Below are positions 16,527-25,478 of a stretch of DNA of 32,000 nt, in pieces. The stretch spans positions 54,381-86,380 of the forward strand of contig NZ_LAEI01000041.1 of NCBI RefSeq assembly GCF_001618065.1, in the 5' to 3' direction. A program made the position numbers and the translations under genes. Below the pieces are notes generated by a model that saw only the letters and a list, made by a program, of their open reading frames with translations, was not told the origin of the DNA and did not search any database. This stretch comes from Neisseria flavescens (GTDB taxonomy: Bacteria > Pseudomonadota > Gammaproteobacteria > Burkholderiales > Neisseriaceae). Numbering within the stretch: the first letter of the stretch is position 1; the number at the start of each line of letters is the position of its first letter.

Positions 16527-16547
16527 GGTGTTTCTGATGAATGATTG

Positions 16548-16584
16548 AGGCCGTCTGAAAGCAGGGAAGTGTTTCAGACGGCCT
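16548..16584. terminator. DUS inverted-repeat hairpin downstream of dedA
   Basis: aGGCCGTCTGAAa-(13 nt)-tTTCAGACGGCCt. Confidence 0.55.
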
Positions 16585-16592
16585 GAAATGGT

Positions 16593-17255
16593 TTATTGAT
16601 CGGCTTGTTTTTTGGCTTTTGCAGCGCGTTTTTCGTGTAATTTTTCACGGAAGAAGGTATGGCGGCGGTGTTTTCTCCACCAAATCCAGCCGACGATGAC
16701 TGCGCCGATGCCCAGTACGGTAAAGATACCGGATTGCAGGCTGTGCATTTTTTTCATCAGCCAGTCGGTATTGCGTGCGCCGTATTCGCCCAGATAAATC
16801 CAAACCGGAACGGAAATCAGCGCAGCCAAGCCGTCCATCAGGATGAAGCGCAGGTAGGAAACCTTGCGGCTGATGCCTGCAGTCACGAAAACGGCAGTAC
16901 GCAGGCCAGGCAGGAAACGGGCGACGAATAAAACCCAGTTGCCGTATTTGTCGAATTTTTCCTGTACTTGGGCATAGCGTTTGGGCGTCATCACGCGGGC
17001 AATCGGTTTGAATTTAAGGATTTTTTGTCCCCAAATCCGGCCGGCCGCAAACATAAAGCCGTCGCCTACCAATACGCCAAGCATGCCGACGGCAAACATA
17101 ATATGCGAGTTGGTATAACCCAGGCCGGAAATCACACCGCCGGTTACCAGTGTCAAATCTTCAGGAATCGGCACGCCGAAGCCGCAAATAACCAAAACGA
17201 AAAACACGGCCGCATAGCCGTATTCAACGAAAAAAGATTCTAAAATTGCAAACAT
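16593..17255 (-). CDS. dedA: DedA family inner membrane protein
   Basis: Typical DedA/SNARE-associated pattern (GVPIPEDLTLVTGG, ...RFLPGLRT...) with several TM helices and a basic C-terminal tail. Confidence 0.85.
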   Translation of the reverse strand: MFAILESFFVEYGYAAVFFVLVICGFGVPIPEDLTLVTGGVISGLGYTNSHIMFAVGMLGVLVGDGFMFAAGRIWGQKILKFKPIARVMTPKRYAQVQEKFDKYGNWVLFVARFLPGLRTAVFVTAGISRKVSYLRFILMDGLAALISVPVWIYLGEYGARNTDWLMKKMHSLQSGIFTVLGIGAVIVGWIWWRKHRRHTFFREKLHEKRAAKAKKQADQ

Positions 17256-17540
17256 GGCCGCCGTCCCACGATAAATATTGATTGATGACTGGATTAAGTT
17301 GGAATTTTACCAAAGATAAGGCTGTCTGAAAGCAATCACAAGCAGATATTGTTTAAATTTGACGGTAGTTTGCAAAAAAACTCGAAATTCGGACGTGGAA
17401 AGTTGGGATTTGAACAGATTTGGCAGGTACAATAGCTGCTGGTTTATCTTTCAAACCCGAAATGGAAGTCTGTTTTCAGACGGCCTGTTTGGAAAGTTGG
17501 TTGTGGAATTAAAGAATCTAAAATTCAAAAGGAATCCATT

Positions 17541-18050
17541 ATGTACACTTGTACTTCCTGCGGCGAAAATCATGAAGAGATGCCCGCAATCGGCTTTATC
17601 ACTCCAGATCCCTATAATGAGTTAAGCGAGGACGAACGTAGTACCTACCAGGCCGAGTGTAACGGTGATTTCTGCATTATCCGCTATCCTGACCAAACTG
17701 ACCGCTTTATCCGCACGGTGCTGCATATCCCCATTATCGGACATGAGGAAACGTTGGAATACGGCGTATGGGTATCTGTCAGCGAAAAGAGTTTTAACGA
17801 TTATAAAAGCCACTTCCATGATAATCCGGAAAACGTTGTTTATTTCGGTATGATATGCAACTGGCTGCCCCCATATGAAACCAACACCTTCGGTCTGCAT
17901 TGTAATGTCGTTACTCAGCTCAATAACCAACGTCCTCTGCTACAACTCCATCAAAGCAGTAAACATCCGCTGGTACGCGACTTTTACCAAGGCATAGAAT
18001 ACGCTGAAGCGCAGGCAAGGATAGATGCGGTATTCGGATCGGATTACTAA
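17541..18050 (+). CDS. DUF2199-like cysteine-containing protein
   Basis: Good RBS (aaggaa). N-terminal CxxC (CTSCGENH). My recollection is that DUF2199 proteins start this way; not verified. Confidence 0.6.
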   Translation: MYTCTSCGENHEEMPAIGFITPDPYNELSEDERSTYQAECNGDFCIIRYPDQTDRFIRTVLHIPIIGHEETLEYGVWVSVSEKSFNDYKSHFHDNPENVVYFGMICNWLPPYETNTFGLHCNVVTQLNNQRPLLQLHQSSKHPLVRDFYQGIEYAEAQARIDAVFGSDY

Positions 18051-18090
18051 GAACAAAAGGTAAACATTCCTCTCTTGAACGAAACCATAC

Positions 18091-18318
18091 TTGATATTTC
18101 CTACCTTTTCCTGCAACTGTTTTGTAAACCTGTCCGCTATTGAGCAAATTGTCCACTTCAGCGGAATGCCTATTACCTTCGTGTCTGATACGATTACAGG
18201 TGAAACGTGGATAGATTTCTGCTACAAGGGCTGGAAGTTCAGTATTCACAACCCATATGGTACATATTGGTTTTTGCTGAAAACAGCGAATGCCCCAAAG
18301 CCATATTGCAATATATGA
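18091..18318 (+). CDS. Doubtful small ORF or gene fragment
   Basis: TTG start in the track; the first ATG at 18166 would give 50 aa. No RBS and no recognisable domain. Lies in a lower-GC stretch ahead of a DUS hairpin. Confidence 0.2.
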   Translation: MIFPTFSCNCFVNLSAIEQIVHFSGMPITFVSDTITGETWIDFCYKGWKFSIHNPYGTYWFLLKTANAPKPYCNI

Positions 18319-18321
18319 TTC

Positions 18322-18360
18322 AGGCCGTCTGAAATCCAAAATTTGGTTTTCAGACGGCCT
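18322..18360. terminator. DUS inverted-repeat hairpin upstream of ubiD
   Basis: aGGCCGTCTGAAa-(13 nt)-tTTCAGACGGCCt. Confidence 0.55.
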
Positions 18361-18375
18361 CAAATAAGGATCAAC

Positions 18376-19854
18376 ATGAAATACAGAGATCTGCGAGAAT
18401 TTATCGCCGGATTGGAAGCTGATGGCAAACTCAAGCGCATTCAGCATCCGGTGTCGCCGTATTTGGAAATGACCGAAATTGCCGACCGCGTGCTGCGCGC
18501 CGAAGGGCCGGCGTTGTTGTTTGAAAATCCGATTAAGCCTGACGGTACGCGCTACGATTATCCCGTGTTGGCGAATCTGTTTGGTACGCCTGAGCGTGTG
18601 GCGCTGGGCATGGGTGCGGACAGCGTATCCAAGCTGCGCGAAATCGGGCAGACGCTGGCGTATCTGAAAGAACCCGAACCGCCCAAAGGCATTAAGGACG
18701 CGTTTTCCAAACTGCCGTTGCTGAAAGATATTTGGAGCATGGCGCCGAACGTGGTGAAAAACGCGCCGTGTCAGGAAATCGTGTGGGAAGGTGACGACGT
18801 TGATTTGTATCAACTTCCGATTCAGCATTGCTGGCCGGAAGACGTTGCGCCGCTGGTAACGTGGGGCTTGACCGTAACGCGCGGGCCGCACAAAAAACGC
18901 CAGAACTTGGGCATTTACCGTCAGCAGTTAATCGGCAAAAACAAGCTGATTATGCGCTGGCTGTCGCATCGCGGCGGCGCGTTGGATTATCAGGAATTCC
19001 GCAAACTCAATCCTGACACGCCGTATCCCGTCTCCGTTGTCCTCGGTTGCGACCCCGCCACCATTTTGGGCGCGGTAACGCCTGTTCCCGATACTTTAAG
19101 CGAATACCAGTTTGCCGGACTGCTGCGCGGTTCGCGGACGGAGCTGGTGAAATGTATCGGCAACGATTTGCAAGTGCCTGCCCGTGCAGAAATCGTGTTG
19201 GAAGGTGTCATTCATCCAAACGAAACCGCGTTGGAAGGCCCATACGGCGACCACACCGGCTATTACAATGAGCAGGACCATTTCCCTGTGTTTACGGTCG
19301 AGCGCATCACCATGCGTGAAAACCCGATTTACCACTCTACCTACACAGGCAAACCACCCGATGAGCCTGCTGTTTTGGGCGTGGCGTTGAACGAAGTGTT
19401 CGTCCCGCTTTTGCAAAAGCAGTTCCCCGAAATCACCGATTTCTATCTGCCACCCGAAGGCTGCTCCTACCGCATGGCGGTGGTCAGCATGAAAAAACAG
19501 TACGCCGGACACGCCAAGCGCGTGATGATGGGTTGCTGGTCGTTCCTGCGCCAGTTTATGTACACCAAATTCATCATCGTAGTCGATGACGATGTGGACG
19601 TGCGCGATTGGAAAGAAGTCATCTGGGCGGTAACCACGCGCATGGACCCTGTACGCGACACTGTTTTGGTAGAAAATACGCCCATCGATTATCTCGACTT
19701 CGCCAGCCCTGTCAGCGGACTCGGCGGCAAAATGGGTTTGGATGCGACCAACAAATGGCCGGGTGAAACCGACCGCGAATGGGGGCGTGTGATCAAAAAA
19801 GACCCTGCCGTTACGGCCAAAATCGATGAGATTTGGGAGCGTTTGGGTTTGTAG
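18376..19854 (+). CDS. ubiD: 4-hydroxy-3-polyprenylbenzoate decarboxylase UbiD
   Basis: Full-length UbiD-like sequence, 492 aa from [13 protein letters not shown] aagga at 18366-18370. The track's 11-codon extension overlaps the hairpin. Confidence 0.93.
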   Translation: MKYRDLREFIAGLEADGKLKRIQHPVSPYLEMTEIADRVLRAEGPALLFENPIKPDGTRYDYPVLANLFGTPERVALGMGADSVSKLREIGQTLAYLKEPEPPKGIKDAFSKLPLLKDIWSMAPNVVKNAPCQEIVWEGDDVDLYQLPIQHCWPEDVAPLVTWGLTVTRGPHKKRQNLGIYRQQLIGKNKLIMRWLSHRGGALDYQEFRKLNPDTPYPVSVVLGCDPATILGAVTPVPDTLSEYQFAGLLRGSRTELVKCIGNDLQVPARAEIVLEGVIHPNETALEGPYGDHTGYYNEQDHFPVFTVERITMRENPIYHSTYTGKPPDEPAVLGVALNEVFVPLLQKQFPEITDFYLPPEGCSYRMAVVSMKKQYAGHAKRVMMGCWSFLRQFMYTKFIIVVDDDVDVRDWKEVIWAVTTRMDPVRDTVLVENTPIDYLDFASPVSGLGGKMGLDATNKWPGETDREWGRVIKKDPAVTAKIDEIWERLGL

Positions 19855-20043
19855 ATGTCGGATTTATTGGAATTTCTACTGCAAATATTGATGGAAATGA
19901 TTTGGTCTATGTTTGAGGGTACGGTAGAAATATTGAGGCTCGATTGGAGAAAAAGAAAACTCTCCAAAAAAGGCTTGATAATGTTGGCGATATGGTTTGC
20001 CATCATTGTTGCACTGATTGTGTATATGGTCATTCCTAAGTGA
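19855..20043 (+). CDS. Hypothetical small membrane protein (62 aa)
   Basis: Its ATG directly abuts the ubiD TAG. Amphipathic N-terminus, basic patch RKRKLSKKG and one C-terminal TM helix (LIMLAIWFAIIVALIVYMVIP). Distinctly AT-rich, with no clear RBS. Confidence 0.4.
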   Translation: MSDLLEFLLQILMEMIWSMFEGTVEILRLDWRKRKLSKKGLIMLAIWFAIIVALIVYMVIPK

Positions 20044-20071
20044 ACATTTTATTCTGATAATGTATCTGTTA

Positions 20072-20110
20072 AAAGGCCGTCTGAAACTTTTTGGGTTTCA
20101 GACGGCCTTT
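20072..20110. terminator. DUS inverted-repeat hairpin between the small ORF and asmA
   Basis: aaaGGCCGTCTGAAac-(7 nt)-gtTTCAGACGGCCttt. Confidence 0.6.
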
Positions 20111-20121
20111 GATTTGAAAAC

Positions 20122-22215
20122 CTAGCGCGGTTTGAGCCACTTCCATTGTTCTTGTATGGTTTTTTGAAGGGCTTTTTGTTTTTCTGCCGGTGTGTTCATG
20201 CCATTGGTCAAGCGGCTGTAATCGAGGGTAATGGAAGGGTTTTGTACGGTACCGCCGATTTTTAGGGGAATCGGTTTGTTTTTAGGTTGCAGTACATTGC
20301 TGATAAGCAGGTTTTCGGACAGCTTTTGGGTATTCAAATCGGTATAGCCGCTGCTGACAACGTGCAGACTGTCGGAAAACAGTTCGGTGTTGATATGATG
20401 GCTGATGCCTTTCTCGATTTCGCTATTGAGGATGAAATGATGGAAAGGGGTTTTGAGGTTGCTGTTGTCGATTTTTTCCGAAGAGATGCCGTTTTTCAGA
20501 ATGCTGTCCATATCGATGCCGTGCCATGCGCCGTTGGTAATATCGAGAAGCAGGCTGCCGTTTAAGGCTTGTATCATTTGGGCACGGTCATTGCCGGTAG
20601 TTTTAATGTCGATAACGGCGTCGCCGCTGCCGCTGAAGCTGTGGAAACCGAACAGGTCTTGTAGCAGCGGCTGAATTTGTATGCCTTTTGCGTTTTGCTG
20701 AAGGTGGTAGGAAGCAGGTTGGGTCGCCGCAATACTCAGGCCGCCCTCGGTTTTGCCGCCATAAAGCCCGGCTTTGAAACGGTGCAGGGCGATATGTTCT
20801 TTATCGGCGGTGAGCAGGGATTCGACGTTTTCTAATTGCAGGCCGGCAGTTTGAATGCTGCCGATTTGGAGGTTGGCCTCAATGTCGGGCAACCAGGATT
20901 TGGCCAGCAGGGAAGGAAGATTCAGTGATGGCTGGGTTTTCAGGTCTTCCAAGTAAGGGGTCAGATTCAGTTTTTGTAAGGCGATACCGGCGTCAAGGTG
21001 CGGACGAGGTTGGGCATCGCGTTGGTATTTAAAGGCCAATGCAAGGGCTTGTCTGTCAAATGCGCCTTTCAGACGGCCTTCCCATGTATTGAGACTGAAA
21101 TTGGCCTGTCCTTCAAGGGTACTGATGAATCGGGGGCGGGGAAGGCGGTTGATGGTGTCTTGCAGGGTGCTGAGGTGTAGTTTTGGTGCATCGATGCCTT
21201 TGCCTTTTTGCCAAACCAACGGGCTGGAAAAGGTAAAGTTGGTTTGGAGGCGGTCGTTTTTATGGCTGCCTTTGAGTTCAAAATTGGCGGCGGTCAAAAC
21301 AGTTGGATAGAGGTTGGTTTTGTCCAGTTTGAATGAACCGTCCCATTGGTTGTTTTCACTGCCGGCGGTCAATGCACCGTTGAGTGTGTTGAGGTGCAAA
21401 TAGCCGTTTTTAAACTGCAAGAGGGGCGAACGTACGTTGATATGTAAGTTTTGGTAGCCGCTTTCGGCTTGTAGATTGAAGTCGCGGAAAAGGGCGGTTT
21501 GGTTTTGCCAATTAAGGCTGCCTGCGATTTGGGCATCCAGCTTGTTTTTGAGCAATACGGTTTGCAGGTTTAATTTGAGGGCGGGAACGCTCCAGCCGGC
21601 ATCATCTTGTACAAGATGGCCGGCGCCTTGCCAACTGATGGGGTTGCCGATGTTTTGCAGTGTGCCGCTGATATCGAATGGACGGCCGTCTGAATCAGCT
21701 CTGCGCAGGGAAAATTGCAGGTTGTTTAAGGCAATATTTTGCTCTTTAGTGTGATAACGGATGCTGCCGTTATTGATGATGATGCGGTTGAGCTGAAAAC
21801 TTTCTTTTGACGATGGGTCTTGTTGCAGGCAGGCGGGCAGATGGTGTTTTGAGTCCAGTGTCAGTGTCGGGTTTAAAAGAATCCATTTCTCAAGAATGGG
21901 GGCATCCGACCATAGGCTGCTCCAACCAAAGCCCATTTTTGACTCGGCGATGTTCAGCGTCGGTGTGTCAGGTTCGGAAGAGGAAAGGCTGAGGTCTTTT
22001 AAAATTAGCGTGGGGCGTGGCAGCCATTTTCTGCCGATAGTGGTGTTGTATTTGATTTGGCAGCCATGGGCGGAAAAGTTTTTTTGTATGAATGCGTCAA
22101 TGTTTTCTGTGTTGAATATGCGGAACATTAAGGCACTCAATACCGCCGCGAGGCATAAAAGCGCGGTAATGCCGAAAACCAGGGATTTCAGCCAAAATTT
22201 TCCTGAGTGCAACAT
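20122..22215 (-). CDS. asmA: AsmA family outer-membrane biogenesis protein
   Basis: About 700 aa with an N-terminal membrane anchor (LVFGITALLCLAAVLSALMF) followed by a long beta-rich periplasmic region typical of AsmA. First ATG at 22215; the track start at 22230 is TTG. Confidence 0.8.
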   Translation of the reverse strand: MLHSGKFWLKSLVFGITALLCLAAVLSALMFRIFNTENIDAFIQKNFSAHGCQIKYNTTIGRKWLPRPTLILKDLSLSSSEPDTPTLNIAESKMGFGWSSLWSDAPILEKWILLNPTLTLDSKHHLPACLQQDPSSKESFQLNRIIINNGSIRYHTKEQNIALNNLQFSLRRADSDGRPFDISGTLQNIGNPISWQGAGHLVQDDAGWSVPALKLNLQTVLLKNKLDAQIAGSLNWQNQTALFRDFNLQAESGYQNLHINVRSPLLQFKNGYLHLNTLNGALTAGSENNQWDGSFKLDKTNLYPTVLTAANFELKGSHKNDRLQTNFTFSSPLVWQKGKGIDAPKLHLSTLQDTINRLPRPRFISTLEGQANFSLNTWEGRLKGAFDRQALALAFKYQRDAQPRPHLDAGIALQKLNLTPYLEDLKTQPSLNLPSLLAKSWLPDIEANLQIGSIQTAGLQLENVESLLTADKEHIALHRFKAGLYGGKTEGGLSIAATQPASYHLQQNAKGIQIQPLLQDLFGFHSFSGSGDAVIDIKTTGNDRAQMIQALNGSLLLDITNGAWHGIDMDSILKNGISSEKIDNSNLKTPFHHFILNSEIEKGISHHINTELFSDSLHVVSSGYTDLNTQKLSENLLISNVLQPKNKPIPLKIGGTVQNPSITLDYSRLTNGMNTPAEKQKALQKTIQEQWKWLKPR

Positions 22216-22350
22216 GGAATGAACAGACAATTCAGATTCTCGCTTTGATGGGAGCTTTAAGGAGTGATTGGGAGTTTAAGCCTTGCTGCTTAAGCGTGTG
22301 GAAGTATAACACAGAGTGGGCCTGTGTTTCAGACGGCATGGGCATATGAA

Positions 22351-22376
22351 TAAAAACACCGCCCAAAGGCGGTGTT
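22351..22376 (-). terminator. Rho-independent terminator of rpsO
   Basis: Stem aacaccgcc / ggcggtgtt with loop caaa. On the minus strand a U-tract follows (plus-strand A-run 22352-22356). Confidence 0.75.
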
Positions 22377-22391
22377 GATTTTAAGCATAAA

Positions 22392-22661
22392 TTATTTACG
22401 CAGACCCAGGCGGGTAATCAGTGAACGGTAAGTATCAGGCTGAGTACGGCGCAGGTAAGACAGCAGGCGACGACGTTGGCTAACCATTTTCAACAGGCCG
22501 CGACGGCTGTGGTGGTCTTTAGGGTTAGCTTTGAAGTGAGGAGTCAGGTCGTTGATGCGGAAAGTCAACAGAGCGACTTGTACTTCAGAAGAACCGGTAT
22601 CGCCTTCTTTGCGTTGGAAATCTTTAACAATTTGTGCTTTTTGTTCTACGGTCAATGCCAT
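22392..22661 (-). CDS. rpsO: 30S ribosomal protein S15
   Basis: [33 protein letters not shown]... is a typical S15 of 89 aa. Start moved to the ATG at 22661. Confidence 0.95.
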   Translation of the reverse strand: MALTVEQKAQIVKDFQRKEGDTGSSEVQVALLTFRINDLTPHFKANPKDHHSRRGLLKMVSQRRRLLSYLRRTQPDTYRSLITRLGLRK

Positions 22662-22870
22662 GATGGATAACTCCGAAAATAAAAGAACCTTTTTAGGTTC
22701 GGACAAGTTTGCCAAGCCAAACGACCTAAGCAAACTCCTAAGTGCCTTTTTATAAAGACGGGCGGATTATGCCACAATTTGTCTTTGTGTGCCACATCTT
22801 TTCAGACGGCCAAAAAAAGCGGCGATACCTTCCAGTACCGCCAAAGCTGCTTTGGTGATAAAACTAAACT

Positions 22871-23626
22871 TTATTTGCTTGCGCAGCGGAAGCCTAAGTT
22901 ATTTAAAACATATTTGGATTGCAGGCTGGTACGGATGCCGTAACGCAAGAAAGCCGCATAGTTGGATGGGTCGCTTGAGCCTACGGATGCGCCGCTACAG
23001 AACATTTGTGTGTTGGATGAGCCGGCTGAGAGTTGGCTGCTATTAAAGTCTTCAGTCCATTCCCAAATCAGGCCGTGCATATCGTATACGCCCCAGTAGT
23101 TGGGTTTGTTTTTACCAATGTCGTGCAGGCCGTTGCGGCCGCCGTCTGCATACCAATCTAAGATGGTGCGGTTGTAGCCGGGTTCGGCAGAGCCGTCTTT
23201 TTGAGTGGCAGAGGCCAAACCTGCAAATTCCCACTCGTCAATAGTCGGCAGGCGTTTGCCTTTGGAAACGCAGTAGGCATTGGCGGCAAACCATGAAACA
23301 TTGGTTACCGGATGTTTGAGTTCGCTAGCTTTAGGCGCATAACTGTTGCTGCCGTTTTTCACCCAATGTTTCAGGTAAGCTTTTTCAGCTTGTTTGGAGC
23401 CGATATTACCTTTTTGCCATTGCGGATGTGTTTTCACAAATTCGGCAAATTCGGCATTAGTCACCGGATATTTGTCAATCTGGAAAGGTTTGACTTTAAT
23501 AAGGGAAGTTTCTTTTTTGAGATAGAGAGGACGGTAGCTACCTCCTTCGATTTTTACCATTTCGGCCGCCGCTGCACTGCCGCTTGCGACAAGGGTAAAT
23601 AGGGCGATGAGTGGTATGAGTTTCAT
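22871..23626 (-). CDS. Secreted formylglycine-generating-enzyme (FGE-sulfatase/SUMF1) family protein, NirV-like
   Basis: Signal peptide. Family motifs HPVTNVSW, NxWGxYDMHGxxWEW and GFRC. Lies immediately downstream of the nirK-type nitrite reductase gene. Confidence 0.8.
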   Translation of the reverse strand: MKLIPLIALFTLVASGSAAAAEMVKIEGGSYRPLYLKKETSLIKVKPFQIDKYPVTNAEFAEFVKTHPQWQKGNIGSKQAEKAYLKHWVKNGSNSYAPKASELKHPVTNVSWFAANAYCVSKGKRLPTIDEWEFAGLASATQKDGSAEPGYNRTILDWYADGGRNGLHDIGKNKPNYWGVYDMHGLIWEWTEDFNSSQLSAGSSNTQMFCSGASVGSSDPSNYAAFLRYGIRTSLQSKYVLNNLGFRCASK

Positions 23627-23753
23627 AACGGGCTTTCTAATCTAAATACGGGATTATTAGGCTTTGATTATATAGCGAAACCGGATAAAAATCCTGAGAA
23701 GCCTTCTGATTATTGTGCTTTGGGCTTATCGGGTTCGTGAATGCTTGAAACCG

Positions 23754-23797
23754 GTTTTTCAGACGACCTTCGATGCTTGAGAGGTCGTCTGAAAAAC
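23754..23797. terminator. Hairpin built from a variant DUS (GTCGTCTGAA) between aniA and the FGE-like gene
   Basis: gttTTTCAGACGACCt-(12 nt)-aGGTCGTCTGAAAaac. Confidence 0.5.
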
Positions 23798-23893
23798 CAA
23801 TCTTTCGATTGGTCGTGGAAGAAAGCCACTGTTGTCCTTGCATCAGCCGGAACAGCAGTGGCTTTTTTCTGTTTCTATGCCGAGATGACTGGA

Positions 23894-25078
23894 TTAGTAG
23901 CCACCTTTATCTGCAGATGCTGCGGAAGCAGGCGCTGCTGCGGAAGCAGCTGCTGGAGCAGAAGCGGCAGCACCGGCAGGTTGGTAAGCGGTGTCGCTCA
24001 GTTTTTTGGTCATGATTTCAGGGTTTTCGTTACCCTCAACTTTCAATTGACCCAAAGCACCTTTGTTGAACGCACGGAAGATAGAGTGGTCAACTATAGT
24101 GTAGCTGCCTGGAATATCGACTTTGAATTCGATCATGGCGGCGCCACCGGCAGGAATCACAGTGCTTTGTACGTTTTCGTTAATCAGTTTACCACCTTCA
24201 ACATATACTTTGTCGAAGATTTCGCCGATAACGTGGAAAGAAGATACCAAGTTAGGACCACCGTTACCAACGTACATACGAACAGTTTCACCAGCTTTGG
24301 CTTTCAGGGCGTTGTCACCGGCGATAGAGCCTACGTGACCGTTGAATACAACGTATTCAGGTTGTTCGGCAATCGCTTTGTCCATATCGAAAGGTTGCAG
24401 GCCTTGAGCGCCTTTTTTACCTTTAGTATAGAAGTCGCCTTGTACGATGTAGAACTCTTTATCTACTTTAGGCAGGCCTTCTTTAGGTTCAACCAAGATC
24501 AAACCGTACATACCGTTGGCGATGTGCATACCTACAGGAGCAACGGCACAGTGGTAAATGTACAAACCGGCTTGCAGAGCTTTAAAGCTGAAAGTAGAAG
24601 TGTGGCCTGGGGCAGTGAAAGAAGCTTCTGCACCACCGCCTTGACCGGTAGCAGCGTGGAAGTCAACGTTGTGAGGAACGGTAGAAGAAGGATTGTTAGA
24701 GAATTCTACTTCTACGGTATCGCCTTCGCGTACACGAATCATTTGGCCCGGAACGTCGCCGTTGAATGTCCAGTAGTGGTATTCAACACCGTCTTCCATA
24801 GTCATGGTTTTTTCGACGGTTTCCATTTTAACGCGTACTTTAGCCGGATGATCGCGATCGATTGCAGGTGGAACTTCCGGAGCGTGAGTCATGATGGCAT
24901 CGACTACAGGCAATTCTGAAGAAGGAGTCTCGGCAGCAGCTTGTGAGTCAGAAGCAGCAGCAGGAGCTTCGGCAGAAGCGGTGGCAGCCGGAGTTTCAGC
25001 TGGTTTAGCAGCTTGTTCGCCGCATGCGGCCAGTGCAAATACAGAAGCGATAAGTGCAGCTAAGGTTTGGCGTTTCAT
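23894..25078 (-). CDS. aniA: Copper-containing nitrite reductase (NirK type), lipoprotein AniA
   Basis: Lipobox ALAAC. Cupredoxin copper ligands (HNVDFH, ..YHCA..HI.NGMYG). Ala/Ser/Pro-rich N-terminal linker and C-terminal tail. Confidence 0.93.
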   Translation of the reverse strand: MKRQTLAALIASVFALAACGEQAAKPAETPAATASAEAPAAASDSQAAAETPSSELPVVDAIMTHAPEVPPAIDRDHPAKVRVKMETVEKTMTMEDGVEYHYWTFNGDVPGQMIRVREGDTVEVEFSNNPSSTVPHNVDFHAATGQGGGAEASFTAPGHTSTFSFKALQAGLYIYHCAVAPVGMHIANGMYGLILVEPKEGLPKVDKEFYIVQGDFYTKGKKGAQGLQPFDMDKAIAEQPEYVVFNGHVGSIAGDNALKAKAGETVRMYVGNGGPNLVSSFHVIGEIFDKVYVEGGKLINENVQSTVIPAGGAAMIEFKVDIPGSYTIVDHSIFRAFNKGALGQLKVEGNENPEIMTKKLSDTAYQPAGAAASAPAAASAAAPASAASADKGGY

Positions 25079-25143
25079 GTTTAAAGTTTCCTTATTGTAA
25101 GAAAAGTTAAGTATCCTGATAGGATGGTTTGAAATTTTGTATG

Positions 25144-25185
25144 ATTATGTAGGCGCTTGTTTGGGTGTATTTTGACATAAATCAA
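25144..25185 (-). promoter_or_regulatory. Candidate class II FNR-dependent aniA promoter
   Basis: FNR box TTGAC-ataa-ATCAA at 25172-25185, one mismatch to TTGAT-N4-ATCAA. Minus-strand -10 CATAAT at 25149-25144. This puts the box centre about 41.5 bp upstream of the inferred start site. Confidence 0.6.
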
Positions 25186-25418
25186 ATTGTTCAATGAATA
25201 TGAATCTTTTAATCCTTAAATACTCCTTTAGTAGTATAAAAAACTAAACCGAAAAGTTTATTTTTGTGTGAAAATGTTAGTGTGGGCTTAACACAAAATA
25301 TAACAAAGGAGGAGTTATACAGGATAATAGGAATCAATATCATGTAAGTTAATGGTTTTAAAGGAATATTATTGACAAAATATTTCTTTACTTTTAAAAC
25401 CGTGATACAATCTTTAAC

Positions 25419-25435
25419 ATTCATATTTAATGAAT
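25419..25435. promoter_or_regulatory. Palindromic operator candidate (NsrR-type) over the norB promoter
   Basis: ATTCAT-attta-ATGAAT is a perfect palindrome. It sits just downstream of an extended -10 (TGaTACAAT, 25403-25411) and 44 bp upstream of the norB ATG. Confidence 0.45.
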
Positions 25436-25478
25436 TAATACCCAACCACTTTATTACCAAAATCAAGGAGTACTCAAA

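Noticed and set aside
17395-17425. tRNA-like T-loop sequence (gggatttgaac, complement of GTTCAAATCCC)
   Set aside because: The flanking bases do not form a T-stem, and no acceptor or anticodon arms can be drawn. It is probably chance or a very short relic, not a tRNA gene or att site.
17920-18891. 323-aa Arg-rich ORF on the minus strand spanning the DUF2199 3' end, a DUS hairpin and the ubiD 5' part
   Set aside because: It is the mirror frame of ubiD over most of its length, it crosses a terminator hairpin, and its composition is extremely basic (RRR runs). It is not credible as a gene.
23741-24919. 392-aa ORF antisense to aniA
   Set aside because: Same explanation: it is the codon-aligned mirror frame of a strongly codon-biased gene. 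It has no RBS and a low-complexity translation. AniA on the other strand has a lipobox and copper ligands.
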